In this document: positions 47,236 through 55,545 of the stretch, piece by piece | Layout: each line of letters begins with the position of its first letter | Position numbering within the stretch: position 1 is the first letter of the stretch | DNA from: an uncultured Alphaproteobacteria bacterium | GTDB taxonomy: Bacteria; Pseudomonadota; Alphaproteobacteria; Rs-D84; CACZYB01 | Direction of reading: 5' to 3' | NCBI GenBank assembly: GCA_963544995.1 | Contig: CAUUHH010000002.1 | Span: 1 to 60,330, forward strand | Length of the DNA stretch: 60,330 nucleotides | The notes under the pieces: model-generated | The model's database searches: none | What the model saw: only the letters and a program-made list of their open reading frames with translations | Told to the model about the DNA's origin: nothing | Program-made: the position numbers and the translations under genes

Positions 47236-49161
47236 TTATTTTATAACAACTCTACGATTTTCAGCTTTTCTTTCTCCAGGCTTGTTTGGAACTTTTGGAT
47301 CTGTTGATCCAACACCTTGTAATATAATTTTATCTTTTGGAATTCCATATGACATAACTATATTACCCACATTTTCTGCTCTTTTATCTGATAAAATCTG
47401 ATTATGTTGAGCAGTCCCACTTGCATCTGTATGCCCCTGTATAACTATCATCTCTTTTGATTTTAATGCTTTATTAGTTATTTCTTCTAACTCATCATTA
47501 TATTTTGATTTTACATCTGCTTTATCCCAATCAAAAAACAATTCATAAGGTAATAATTTTGCGGATTCCCCTATAACCTCTGTTTCAATTGAATCATTTT
47601 CAGTAATTTTTGTAAAAGCATCTTTTTTTATTTCTTCATTAATAATTTCTTTTTTATCATTATTTGTTTTTTCATGTTGTATAACGTCAGTATCACTATC
47701 TTTTTTAGTTTCTTCTTCATCTTTATTTTCAACTTCTTCTTCCTCATCTTTCTCAATTTCTGTTTCTATTGGTAAGGCTTTAACATCAGTCTTGTCTTCT
47801 ATATCTTTATTTGTAATTTCTGTAGATGGAGTAACAGAAATTACAGAGGTATCTGTCTTATCCATACTTGTCACTAAATTATCATCTGTAATTTTTGTAG
47901 AAATATCGTCAGAAACTTTTGATACTTCAGCCGATTCTGAAATACCAGAATCATCTTCTTTAACCACAATAACCTCTTCATTATCATTATTATTATCAAC
48001 AATTTCACCAGTTACAATAATTGGATTTTCTTTTACTTCTACCTTCTCATTACCGTTTTCATTTGTTTCTGCAACAGTTTCTGTTTCTTTTGCTACTTCC
48101 TTACTTAAAATTGCAGCCTCTTTTGCTAAATCAGAAATATTTGCAGGTGATATAGGCTTTTCAGCAACAATAGGATATTTTAAAGAATTTAATTTAGATG
48201 ATAATTCATCTATTTTCATTTTAATTTCTGCTATATCAAGATTTTTATTAGTATTATTTTCTATCCCATCAACTCTTTTTGATAAAGACAAAAGGGTACT
48301 TTCAATATTTTTTAAAGAATTTTCTAAATTTTTTATATCAGAATTATCTTGCTTTTTTACATCAGCAACAAATGAGTTAGTTTTAATCTCTTTTTCAATA
48401 GGCCTGATAAATGGAGCATTATCCACATATGTAGACTTATTAATCGGTTTTCTTATACCATTTAAAGGAAAAATCTCAACATCCTTATTAAGCATAGATG
48501 AACGAGGTTTATGTTTTAATCCTTTCAAAATCAAATTATTTACATTCTTTTTATCAGGTAATGTATCTGTTTGGTTTTTCTTTGAAAAGCTTCTATTCCT
48601 TTTTGCAAGTTGACATTTTGTATCGCAAACTTTGTCTAATTTTTCATATAAATAATCCATTGCTTTCTTAAATCTTTGAAAACATCCTTTTGCTTGTCTT
48701 TGTTCATTCCTCAACATTTCACTATCTATCCAACAATCAAACTTAGACTGCGCTTCCGCCATCAAAAGTGGATATCTACGTTCCAATGCATTATCAAACA
48801 AAAAAATAAAATCATCATATAAATTAGTTGCTTTAATTAAAATACTAGACGGCAAATTTAAATTATAAATATTTATTGGTTTAACAAATGTACCAGTATG
48901 TGCCTGCAAAGCTTTTTTAGCAAAATTATTTGCTCCATTAAAATCATTAGTATAGGCCGATTTATAAAGTGCAAAAGATTTATATTCCCTTGCAAGAGAA
49001 GATAAAAAATAATCTTTTTGTGTTCCTATATCAAGATTCGTTTTCCTTAATGCAGATAAATAATCAAGTTTAACAGCAAAAGCAAACTTTGAATTAATAA
49101 AAACAAAATTGAAAAAAAACAATAATACAAAATGCAAGTTTTTTATTTTAATAAATCTCAT
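47236..49161 (-). CDS. OmpA-family peptidoglycan-binding protein with long acidic low-complexity spacer
   Basis: 641 aa with a signal peptide. C-terminal OmpA-like domain 'IQGHTDASGTAQHNQILSDKRAENV...NRRVVIK'. The middle is rich in E/D/K/T. Confidence 0.8.
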   Translation of the reverse strand: MRFIKIKNLHFVLLFFFNFVFINSKFAFAVKLDYLSALRKTNLDIGTQKDYFLSSLAREYKSFALYKSAYTNDFNGANNFAKKALQAHTGTFVKPINIYNLNLPSSILIKATNLYDDFIFLFDNALERRYPLLMAEAQSKFDCWIDSEMLRNEQRQAKGCFQRFKKAMDYLYEKLDKVCDTKCQLAKRNRSFSKKNQTDTLPDKKNVNNLILKGLKHKPRSSMLNKDVEIFPLNGIRKPINKSTYVDNAPFIRPIEKEIKTNSFVADVKKQDNSDIKNLENSLKNIESTLLSLSKRVDGIENNTNKNLDIAEIKMKIDELSSKLNSLKYPIVAEKPISPANISDLAKEAAILSKEVAKETETVAETNENGNEKVEVKENPIIVTGEIVDNNNDNEEVIVVKEDDSGISESAEVSKVSDDISTKITDDNLVTSMDKTDTSVISVTPSTEITNKDIEDKTDVKALPIETEIEKDEEEEVENKDEEETKKDSDTDVIQHEKTNNDKKEIINEEIKKDAFTKITENDSIETEVIGESAKLLPYELFFDWDKADVKSKYNDELEEITNKALKSKEMIVIQGHTDASGTAQHNQILSDKRAENVGNIVMSYGIPKDKIILQGVGSTDPKVPNKPGERKAENRRVVIK

Positions 49162-49214
49162 AATATTTCTCTCTAAATATTCTTTGTATATAATAGCTCA
49201 ATTTCAAACCAAAA

Positions 49215-49844
49215 TCAATCTTCTAACACATTATCAAAAATTACAGGAATAGATTTTTTCAATTCTTTTGTAAGTGGTATCATTAATTCTCTCATGCTAG
49301 GATGAGCTGCATTAGAAGTTCGAAGCTTTAAAATATGCCTCCATTCACGAAGATTCGTTGTTATAACTATCTCTGTTTTTATATCTATTGGCAGTATTCC
49401 TCTTGCAATTTCAGTGGTTGCTCCTTTCTCTATCATCTCCATATATGATCTTTCTGCATTTTGCATAGCATTAAGCCAAATATCATATGTTTCAGTTCCT
49501 TCATTTAAACCAGATGGCTTTATAACTGTTATTTCAGAACCAAATTTATCTTTCGTATAATTGCAATACCTCGTTGATTCTTGAGAAAATGAAGCAAGCC
49601 TATGTCTAACTAATTCATGAGTAAAACCTCTATTGCAAATAAATTGAACAGTTATATTAAAATGCTCTATTACAGATTCATGACCTCTTTTAGATATTCT
49701 TTCTACAAATCCCACTGCTGAATCCTCTGTAATTAAATTATTAGATTTGTAACAGGTCCTTCCAGCAAGCTCTATCAATTTCAATATTTCATTACCATCA
49801 ATTTTTGTAAGTATTTTATAACAAGGTTTTATTACTTTTACCAT
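49215..49844 (-). CDS. thyX: FAD-dependent thymidylate synthase
   Basis: 209 aa. ThyX motif 'RHRLASFSQESTRY'. Confidence 0.95.
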   Translation of the reverse strand: MVKVIKPCYKILTKIDGNEILKLIELAGRTCYKSNNLITEDSAVGFVERISKRGHESVIEHFNITVQFICNRGFTHELVRHRLASFSQESTRYCNYTKDKFGSEITVIKPSGLNEGTETYDIWLNAMQNAERSYMEMIEKGATTEIARGILPIDIKTEIVITTNLREWRHILKLRTSNAAHPSMRELMIPLTKELKKSIPVIFDNVLED

Positions 49845-49862
49845 GGTATACTCCTATAACTA

Positions 49863-50789
49863 TTACTTTTTAAATTCTAGTGGTTCCATATTAACTATAT
49901 CTATCGATGTATCTATATCGTTAACATAACTAGTATTTGTGTTTTCGCTTTTTTTCTTTCGTCCTTTTCTTAAAAAGAAAACTCTTTTTAATTTTTTCAA
50001 TAAAAATAAAATAAGTATTAAAAAGTATTTAATAAACAGAATAAAAAAAACAATCATAAAAATATGAATATATTTTAATATGAATAAAGCTGTTCTTTGT
50101 ACGCTATATTTAACAGCGCTATATACAGAATTAAAATCTTTTTTTATAATAATATTAATATGGTCTTTCCCTTGAGTGTTTTGTAAATAATTTATATTTT
50201 TCTTTAATGCAAAAATTTGTTCATTAAGTGACAATTTTTCTTCTTGCATCTTTTTTTGTTTTTCAAAGCTAAATACTTCTGCTTTCTTTGTTAAAGAATT
50301 TTCTAATGAATTTAATAAAGTTATTTTTGAATCTAAAATCAAATTATAAAAATCTATAATATTTTGAATATTATTATTTTTGGTAAAATTATATTCCTGA
50401 ATTTTTCCATATTGCTTTATTGTATTAAAAAACTCATTGTAATTTTCTGTTGGTATAAATAAATCTATTTCAAAAATAGGTGTATCTATAAAACTATAGC
50501 CTTTCCCTATAAATTTATTATTAATAGAGCAATCTAGTCTACTACACTCAGAAAGAACAGAATTGAAAACTTGTTCTTCATTGCTATTTTTTGTATTTAA
50601 CGATATTGACTGAGACTTTGAATATAAATGATTTGTAGCAATTTTAGATGAAGTAATAAAATTATAATAAATAGATTTGTAATCAAATGTAAATATATCA
50701 TTAGTTATTTTTTCTACAGAAAACTTATCAAATGCAAAAACACTATTGCTAAAAAGCGCAATAAAAAACAAAAATACAATTTTCTTCAA
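49863..50789 (-). CDS. Hypothetical protein with signal peptide, coiled coil and C-terminal TM anchor (DUF4349-like topology)
   Basis: 308 aa. 'MKKIVFLFFIALFSNSVFA', a C-terminal hydrophobic segment 'IFMIVFFILFIKYFLILILFLL', then a basic tail. Family guess is weak. Confidence 0.45.
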   Translation of the reverse strand: MKKIVFLFFIALFSNSVFAFDKFSVEKITNDIFTFDYKSIYYNFITSSKIATNHLYSKSQSISLNTKNSNEEQVFNSVLSECSRLDCSINNKFIGKGYSFIDTPIFEIDLFIPTENYNEFFNTIKQYGKIQEYNFTKNNNIQNIIDFYNLILDSKITLLNSLENSLTKKAEVFSFEKQKKMQEEKLSLNEQIFALKKNINYLQNTQGKDHINIIIKKDFNSVYSAVKYSVQRTALFILKYIHIFMIVFFILFIKYFLILILFLLKKLKRVFFLRKGRKKKSENTNTSYVNDIDTSIDIVNMEPLEFKK

Positions 50790-50864
50790 AAATAAACTCC
50801 CATTCCTCTATTCCAGAGTTTTTATATCAATCTTGTATAAATTGCAACAAAATAGATAAAAATC

Positions 50865-50892
50865 TTGACAAATATTAATTTTTGCCTACAAT
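50865..50892 (+). promoter_or_regulatory. Near-consensus sigma70-type promoter
   Basis: TTGACA (50865-70), 16-nt spacer, TACAAT (50887-92). Lies about 95 nt upstream of the small ORF/secG. Confidence 0.55.
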
Positions 50893-50986
50893 CAGGCACA
50901 ACCATTAATTTTACAAAATCTACTAGACAATTTTGCTTTTGCATGATATCTATGTTTCAGTGGAGAAGTAAAGAAAGAGGTTACAT

Positions 50987-51154
50987 ATGACAGATAAAAA
51001 AGATATATTCGAAAGTGCTATTGTTAAATTAGATTTCTTAAGTAAAGGTGATAGTGATTTTAATGGTGCAATTTCTGCTTTAAATAAAAAGATAGAAACA
51101 GAAAATAATATTTCAAATATAGTTTCAGATAAATTAAGCAATAATACTAAATAA
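50987..51154 (+). CDS. Small ORF (55 aa) upstream of secG, not in the ORF track
   Basis: ATG 50987 is preceded by GAAAGAGG with a 6-nt spacer; TAA at 51152-54. Sequence MTDKKDIFESAIVKLDFLSKGDSDFNGAISALNKKIETENNISNIVSDKLSNNTK. Same strand as secG, 9 nt before it. Confidence 0.45.
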   Translation: MTDKKDIFESAIVKLDFLSKGDSDFNGAISALNKKIETENNISNIVSDKLSNNTK

Positions 51155-51163
51155 GGTTATAAA

Positions 51164-51562
51164 ATGATAAATACATTGTTTGTATTAAATATAATAGTTG
51201 TTGTTCTTTTAATAGGGATTATCCTACTTCAAAAATCTGAAGGCGGTGTACTTGGAATGGGTGGATCTGGTACAAGAAATGGCGTTTTTTCTACCAGAAC
51301 TGCAAATACTTTTATAACTAGATTGACTTATATACTTGCAGGATTATTTTTTACAATATGTATGTTACTTGCTGCACTGGTTTCGCATAGAGAAAAACAA
51401 AAATCATTTATAGAAACTATGGCTGAAAAAGAAAATAAAGCAAAAGAAGTAAAAACTCCAAATATCAATAAAATTCCAGAGGGAAAAGTAAAAAGAGAGT
51501 TATTACAAGAAACTGTAAAAAGACAGGCTTTTAAAAATAAACCAAAACCACCAACAAATTAA
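51164..51562 (+). CDS. secG: Preprotein translocase subunit SecG
   Basis: 132 aa. 'LLIGIILLQKSEGGVLGMGGSG' signature, a second TM segment, and a basic C-terminal extension. Confidence 0.85.
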   Translation: MINTLFVLNIIVVVLLIGIILLQKSEGGVLGMGGSGTRNGVFSTRTANTFITRLTYILAGLFFTICMLLAALVSHREKQKSFIETMAEKENKAKEVKTPNINKIPEGKVKRELLQETVKRQAFKNKPKPPTN

Positions 51563-51625
51563 TTAATTTATTTGTTTTGCTCCTTAAATTATGATATTAT
51601 AATCAAAAATTATAAGGAGTAATTA

Positions 51626-53086
51626 ATGAATAAAGTAAGTATACTCACAATATTAAGTTTATTTATATCAAATTTTTCACATCTTGTTTCTGCATCATCA
51701 AGAAGCAGAATAAATGGCAGAAGAGGTGCTTTGGCAAAGGAATTAGCTAAGTTAACAAAGAATGGAGAGTTAAAAACAAAACCAGGGAAAATTAAGTGCT
51801 CTGCTGGAACTTATCTAAATTCTAGTTCTAAAACTTGTATTTCTTGTAATAATGGAACTTGGTGTCCTGATGCTGCAACAGCTCCACTTCCTTGCAATAA
51901 TAAACCAGAAAATTCCTCCTATGATGTAACTGTAGCAAATAAAACATCAAATTGTGCTTGGAATTGTAATACTGGATATAAAAGAAATGGTGATAAATGT
52001 GTAAAAATTACTGGAAATTCAGATTATACGGAGGAACAAAAGAAAGAAACTCAAAAACGTCTTACAACTTTATCAAAGGCACTTGGTGATGTACAAAAAA
52101 ATTGTACAAAAATAGATGCTAATATAAATGATATAATGGGATGGCTTGGAACAACTATTGGATTAAATGTTGTTTCAACTGCATCATCAGGGGCAGGTTT
52201 AGTAACCAATTTAGTAAAGTCTAGCAAAGAAAAAATGAAAATTACTAATAGGGTCACAGAAAATTCAAAGGAGTATTCTGAAGAAGAATTGTTTGAAAAA
52301 GCAAAAAATATGATAAACAAAGAAGTTCCAGACAATAATTGTAAAGACAAAGATAATTTTAATGACTGGAAAAATTGTTGGGGAAGTGATTATAATTATA
52401 ATAAAGGAACTATGACTATAAGTACTAATAGCAAAACATTTGTTAACTCTGGAACTTATTTTTATGAAGATAAAGGAATAAGTGAGAAAGTAGAAGCAAA
52501 AGGATTAGGTATTGCAACAACTGCTCTACTTGGTACAGCAACAGCAACCGGGGCTGGTTCTCTTGTAACAGGTATTGTCAGTGCAAAAAAATTAGAACAA
52601 GTAAAAAATGAAGTATCAAATTGCCAGAAATCTATAAATAATTTAAAGATAGCTGATAAAGCAATAACTGAAGAAGATGAAAAAATATCTCAAACTATAG
52701 AAACAGAAGATAATAAATACAGATCTAATGCTGATTTACTTAATAAATCAGAAAATATAATAAAAGGTTGTGATGCATTAACATCAAACAAAACAGAACG
52801 TGATTTAGAAAAATCATACAACTTCATTATTTCTGGTAATATTTCAAATGGTATCGGCAGTGTCGCAACATTAACGGGTGCAATTACTTCTGGTATTGCT
52901 ACAAATAAAAAATGTGGAGAAGCTGGTAAAGAGTATAATTGTAAAGATGGTTTAAATACAACAACTAATATTATGGCTGCTATTGGAACAGGGGCTGGTG
53001 CTGTATCAACTACAACAAACAGTATTGCAATAGATAATATAAAAAAGATAAAGGATCAAGCAACAACTTGTCAAAATTCTTTATAA
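51626..53086 (+). CDS. Secreted Cys-rich protein with four Gly/Ala/Thr-rich (glycine-zipper-like) segments
   Basis: 486 aa. Signal peptide 'ILTILSLFISNFSHLVSA', Cys-repeat module aa 58-125, and G/A/T-rich hydrophobic stretches. RBS AAGGAG. Confidence 0.6.
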   Translation: MNKVSILTILSLFISNFSHLVSASSRSRINGRRGALAKELAKLTKNGELKTKPGKIKCSAGTYLNSSSKTCISCNNGTWCPDAATAPLPCNNKPENSSYDVTVANKTSNCAWNCNTGYKRNGDKCVKITGNSDYTEEQKKETQKRLTTLSKALGDVQKNCTKIDANINDIMGWLGTTIGLNVVSTASSGAGLVTNLVKSSKEKMKITNRVTENSKEYSEEELFEKAKNMINKEVPDNNCKDKDNFNDWKNCWGSDYNYNKGTMTISTNSKTFVNSGTYFYEDKGISEKVEAKGLGIATTALLGTATATGAGSLVTGIVSAKKLEQVKNEVSNCQKSINNLKIADKAITEEDEKISQTIETEDNKYRSNADLLNKSENIIKGCDALTSNKTERDLEKSYNFIISGNISNGIGSVATLTGAITSGIATNKKCGEAGKEYNCKDGLNTTTNIMAAIGTGAGAVSTTTNSIAIDNIKKIKDQATTCQNSL

Positions 53087-53103
53087 ATAATTATTTTAGA
53101 AAC

Positions 53104-53140
53104 AAAAATAGGACTAATTCTAAATTTAGTCCTATTTTTT
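53104..53140. terminator. Bidirectional hairpin terminator
   Basis: AATAGGACTAA(53107-17)-8 nt loop-TTAGTCCTATT(53126-36), flanked by A-run and T-run. Sits between convergent genes. Confidence 0.8.
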
Positions 53141-53161
53141 ATAAAAATTACATAATAAAAA

Positions 53162-53758
53162 TTAAATTAAAGTATCATAAAATCTTTTAACTTCTTTTAT
53201 ATCTTGCCACATCTGCCACTTCGGTTTGCCAACTTCATTAGATGGATTTCGTAATAAATATGCAGGATGATATATTGGCATAACCTTCGCATTAAATGCA
53301 TCGAACCATTTCCCGTGTATCTTTGTAATACCAAGTTTATTATCTGGTAAAATTGATGCTACAGAAACAGCTCCACAAAGTAATATTATTTTTGGTTTTA
53401 ATAAATTTATCTGTTCATCTAAATATTCTTTACAGGATAATTTTTCTTCTGGTAATGGATTTCTATTTTTAGGTGGTCTACATTTTACAGTATTACAAAT
53501 ATAAATATTACTTTTCCTACTAAAGCCTACACATTCTAAAATTTTATCTAATAATTGCCCTGATCTTCCAACAAATGGGCTTCCTGCTAAATCTTCTTGT
53601 TCACCAGGAGCTTCCCCTACCAGCATAATTTTAGAATTAGGAACACCAGCTGAAAATACGGTATTAGTCTTAGTTTTATATAAGTCACAAGCTCTACAAT
53701 TTTTACATCTTTCTTCTAATAATTTTAATTTATTTAAAATATCTGGATCAATTATCAT
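53162..53758 (-). CDS. Uracil-DNA glycosylase, family 4
   Basis: 198 aa. Fe-S cysteines 'CKNCRACDL', 'GEAPGEQEDLAGSPFVGRSGQLL', 'HPAYLLR'. Confidence 0.9.
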   Translation of the reverse strand: MIIDPDILNKLKLLEERCKNCRACDLYKTKTNTVFSAGVPNSKIMLVGEAPGEQEDLAGSPFVGRSGQLLDKILECVGFSRKSNIYICNTVKCRPPKNRNPLPEEKLSCKEYLDEQINLLKPKIILLCGAVSVASILPDNKLGITKIHGKWFDAFNAKVMPIYHPAYLLRNPSNEVGKPKWQMWQDIKEVKRFYDTLI

Positions 53759-53787
53759 AATGACACTAAAAATCTAATTTACAAGAG

Positions 53788-53877
53788 TGGCGGAAGAAGA
53801 GGGATTCGAACCCCCGGTGGAATTGCTCCCACAACGGTTTTCAAGACCGCCGCATTCAACCGCTCTGCCATTCTTCC
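53788..53877 (-). tRNA. tRNA-Ser (anticodon UGA)
   Basis: The reverse complement folds as a cloverleaf: acceptor GGAAGAA/TTCTTCC, anticodon loop CTTGAAA, long variable arm, T-loop GGTTCGAATCC, discriminator G, and an encoded CCA. Length 90 nt. Confidence 0.92.
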
Positions 53878-53960
53878 AACGCCAGAAGATTATAAAAATA
53901 TTTTACAAAAAAAAGCAAGTATAAAGTTCAAAAATAGCTAAATAGAGTTATAAAATGTAA

Positions 53961-54449
53961 TTACTTTTGTTTTGAGTTATTAACTTTATGAAGTAAAAAT
54001 TCATCCGGTACTATTGTTAATGCCCTAATTAAATTATTATAATGGTCCAATTTTGCATAAATTTCACTAAATACAGATAAAAATTCTTCATCACTTACTT
54101 CTTTTAGTAAATTTAAGCTAGAATATACTTTCATTCTATTTATAAGATGCAAAGAATTTTGACATCTATATTTGGATACATTGGTATAAATGACATCACA
54201 AGTATTTTTAGTAATCCTATTTTTAATTTTATTAAAATTTAAATATATAGAAACAATACTTTTAAGTGGTTTCAAAATTTCATCAATATTAGAATACTGA
54301 TTTGTTCTAAATAAAGTCATGTACAGATTTATTTCTTGTGCTATCTGCATCTTTAAACTAGTAGATATAAATACTAATTGAGAATGTAATTTATTCTTAG
54401 AAGATAACTTTAAATCAAAACTATCAGATCTTATATCCATTTTGCCCAT
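53961..54449 (-). CDS. Hypothetical protein
   Basis: 162 aa, predicted helical, no signal peptide. No family recognised. Confidence 0.4.
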   Translation of the reverse strand: MGKMDIRSDSFDLKLSSKNKLHSQLVFISTSLKMQIAQEINLYMTLFRTNQYSNIDEILKPLKSIVSIYLNFNKIKNRITKNTCDVIYTNVSKYRCQNSLHLINRMKVYSSLNLLKEVSDEEFLSVFSEIYAKLDHYNNLIRALTIVPDEFLLHKVNNSKQK

Positions 54450-54522
54450 TTCAAAATTTATATTAAAAGATATACAAAATATTAAGCTAATAAAATATTT
54501 TTGTCAATATTAAATTTAAAAT

Positions 54523-54548
54523 AAAAAAAAAGCCCCAAATCAGGGGCT
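54523..54548 (-). terminator. Rho-independent terminator of the DsbA-like gene
   Basis: On the minus strand: AGCCCC-TGATTT-GGGGCT followed by T9 (plus-strand A-run 54523-31). Confidence 0.8.
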
Positions 54549-54570
54549 AAAACAAATATAAAAATATATA

Positions 54571-55395
54571 TTATTTTCTAGCAGCTTTAATTGCATTCAT
54601 CATAACAGGAACATCTACATATCCACGGAAAAATTCATTTCCAACTACAAATGCTGGTGTCCCCTGTATGCCAAGCTTACTTGCAAGTTTTCTTGTACGA
54701 AGTAGCTCTTCTTCAACAGATGAAGATGCCATATCTTTTTCAAGCTTTTTTACATCCAACCCAGACTTTTTAGCAATAGTCATAACAATAGATTTTATTG
54801 CTTTATCCATATCCTTTGCTCCTTTTTCTGGACTTAAATTTGCTTCAAATAAAGCATGATGGAATACTGCAGATTTTTCAAGACCTTGTTCACGTGAAGC
54901 AATAGCTGCTTTTGCAGGAAGTCTTGATGGTGGGAATATAGGATAATTCTTAAGGACTACCTTAACATCTTTTTCAGATTTCAACACCTCTTTTACAACA
55001 GAATTACCCTTTCTACAATATCCACAATTATAATCAAAGAATTCATAAATAACAATCTTACCATCTGCATTACCAAGAATCGGAGCGTACTTTGAATCAT
55101 CCTCAGTTATATTCTTAAGAGCTTCTTTTGTTATCTCCATCTGCTTTTTTTTATCTGCTTCTTCTAATTTTTGAATAGTATCTGTAAGTATTGTTGGATC
55201 AGACAACATTGCATATCTAACAATAGACCAAGATATTATATAAATAGACGACGCTAAAAAAAATCCAGAAACAGCTGTATAAAAAACAAACTTCTTCCTA
55301 TTATCTGAAAAGTTTTTTTTCATATTAAAAATAACATTCACATAAATAGCAAATGATATTGATAATAAAAGGCCTACTATTAACCAAAAATTCAT
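54571..55395 (-). CDS. DsbA-family thiol:disulfide oxidoreductase, membrane-anchored
   Basis: 274 aa. N-terminal TM segments and a thioredoxin fold with the active site 'NCGYCRK'. Confidence 0.8.
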   Translation of the reverse strand: MNFWLIVGLLLSISFAIYVNVIFNMKKNFSDNRKKFVFYTAVSGFFLASSIYIISWSIVRYAMLSDPTILTDTIQKLEEADKKKQMEITKEALKNITEDDSKYAPILGNADGKIVIYEFFDYNCGYCRKGNSVVKEVLKSEKDVKVVLKNYPIFPPSRLPAKAAIASREQGLEKSAVFHHALFEANLSPEKGAKDMDKAIKSIVMTIAKKSGLDVKKLEKDMASSSVEEELLRTRKLASKLGIQGTPAFVVGNEFFRGYVDVPVMMNAIKAARK

Positions 55396-55496
55396 ATCTT
55401 TTCTCCTTTCTTAACTATGAACAGAAAACATAATAATACTTAACAATAAAAAGTAAATAAAAAAATATTTAAATAAGGATTTTTATTGAAAACTTT

Positions 55497-55530
55497 TTGA
55501 TAAATGATACTTATTTATCAAATTTATCAA
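55497..55530 (+). promoter_or_regulatory. 9-bp perfect inverted repeat plus a third direct copy immediately upstream of lepA
   Basis: TTGATAAAT (55497-505), 7 nt, ATTTATCAA (55513-21), then ATTTATCAA (55522-30). The lepA ATG is at 55546. Confidence 0.35.
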
Positions 55531-55545
55531 AACAGGATGAAATTT

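Noticed and set aside
50950-51141. 63-aa minus-strand ORF between the hypothetical gene and secG.
   Set aside because: It has no SD and a hydrophobic low-complexity translation. The plus strand carries a better-supported 55-codon ORF with SD and promoter.
53878-54449. Integration remnant next to tRNA-Ser (the hypothetical gene 53961-54449 as a cargo gene).
   Set aside because: There is no integrase, no partial tRNA duplicate or direct repeat of the tRNA 3' end, and no compositional break visible by eye.
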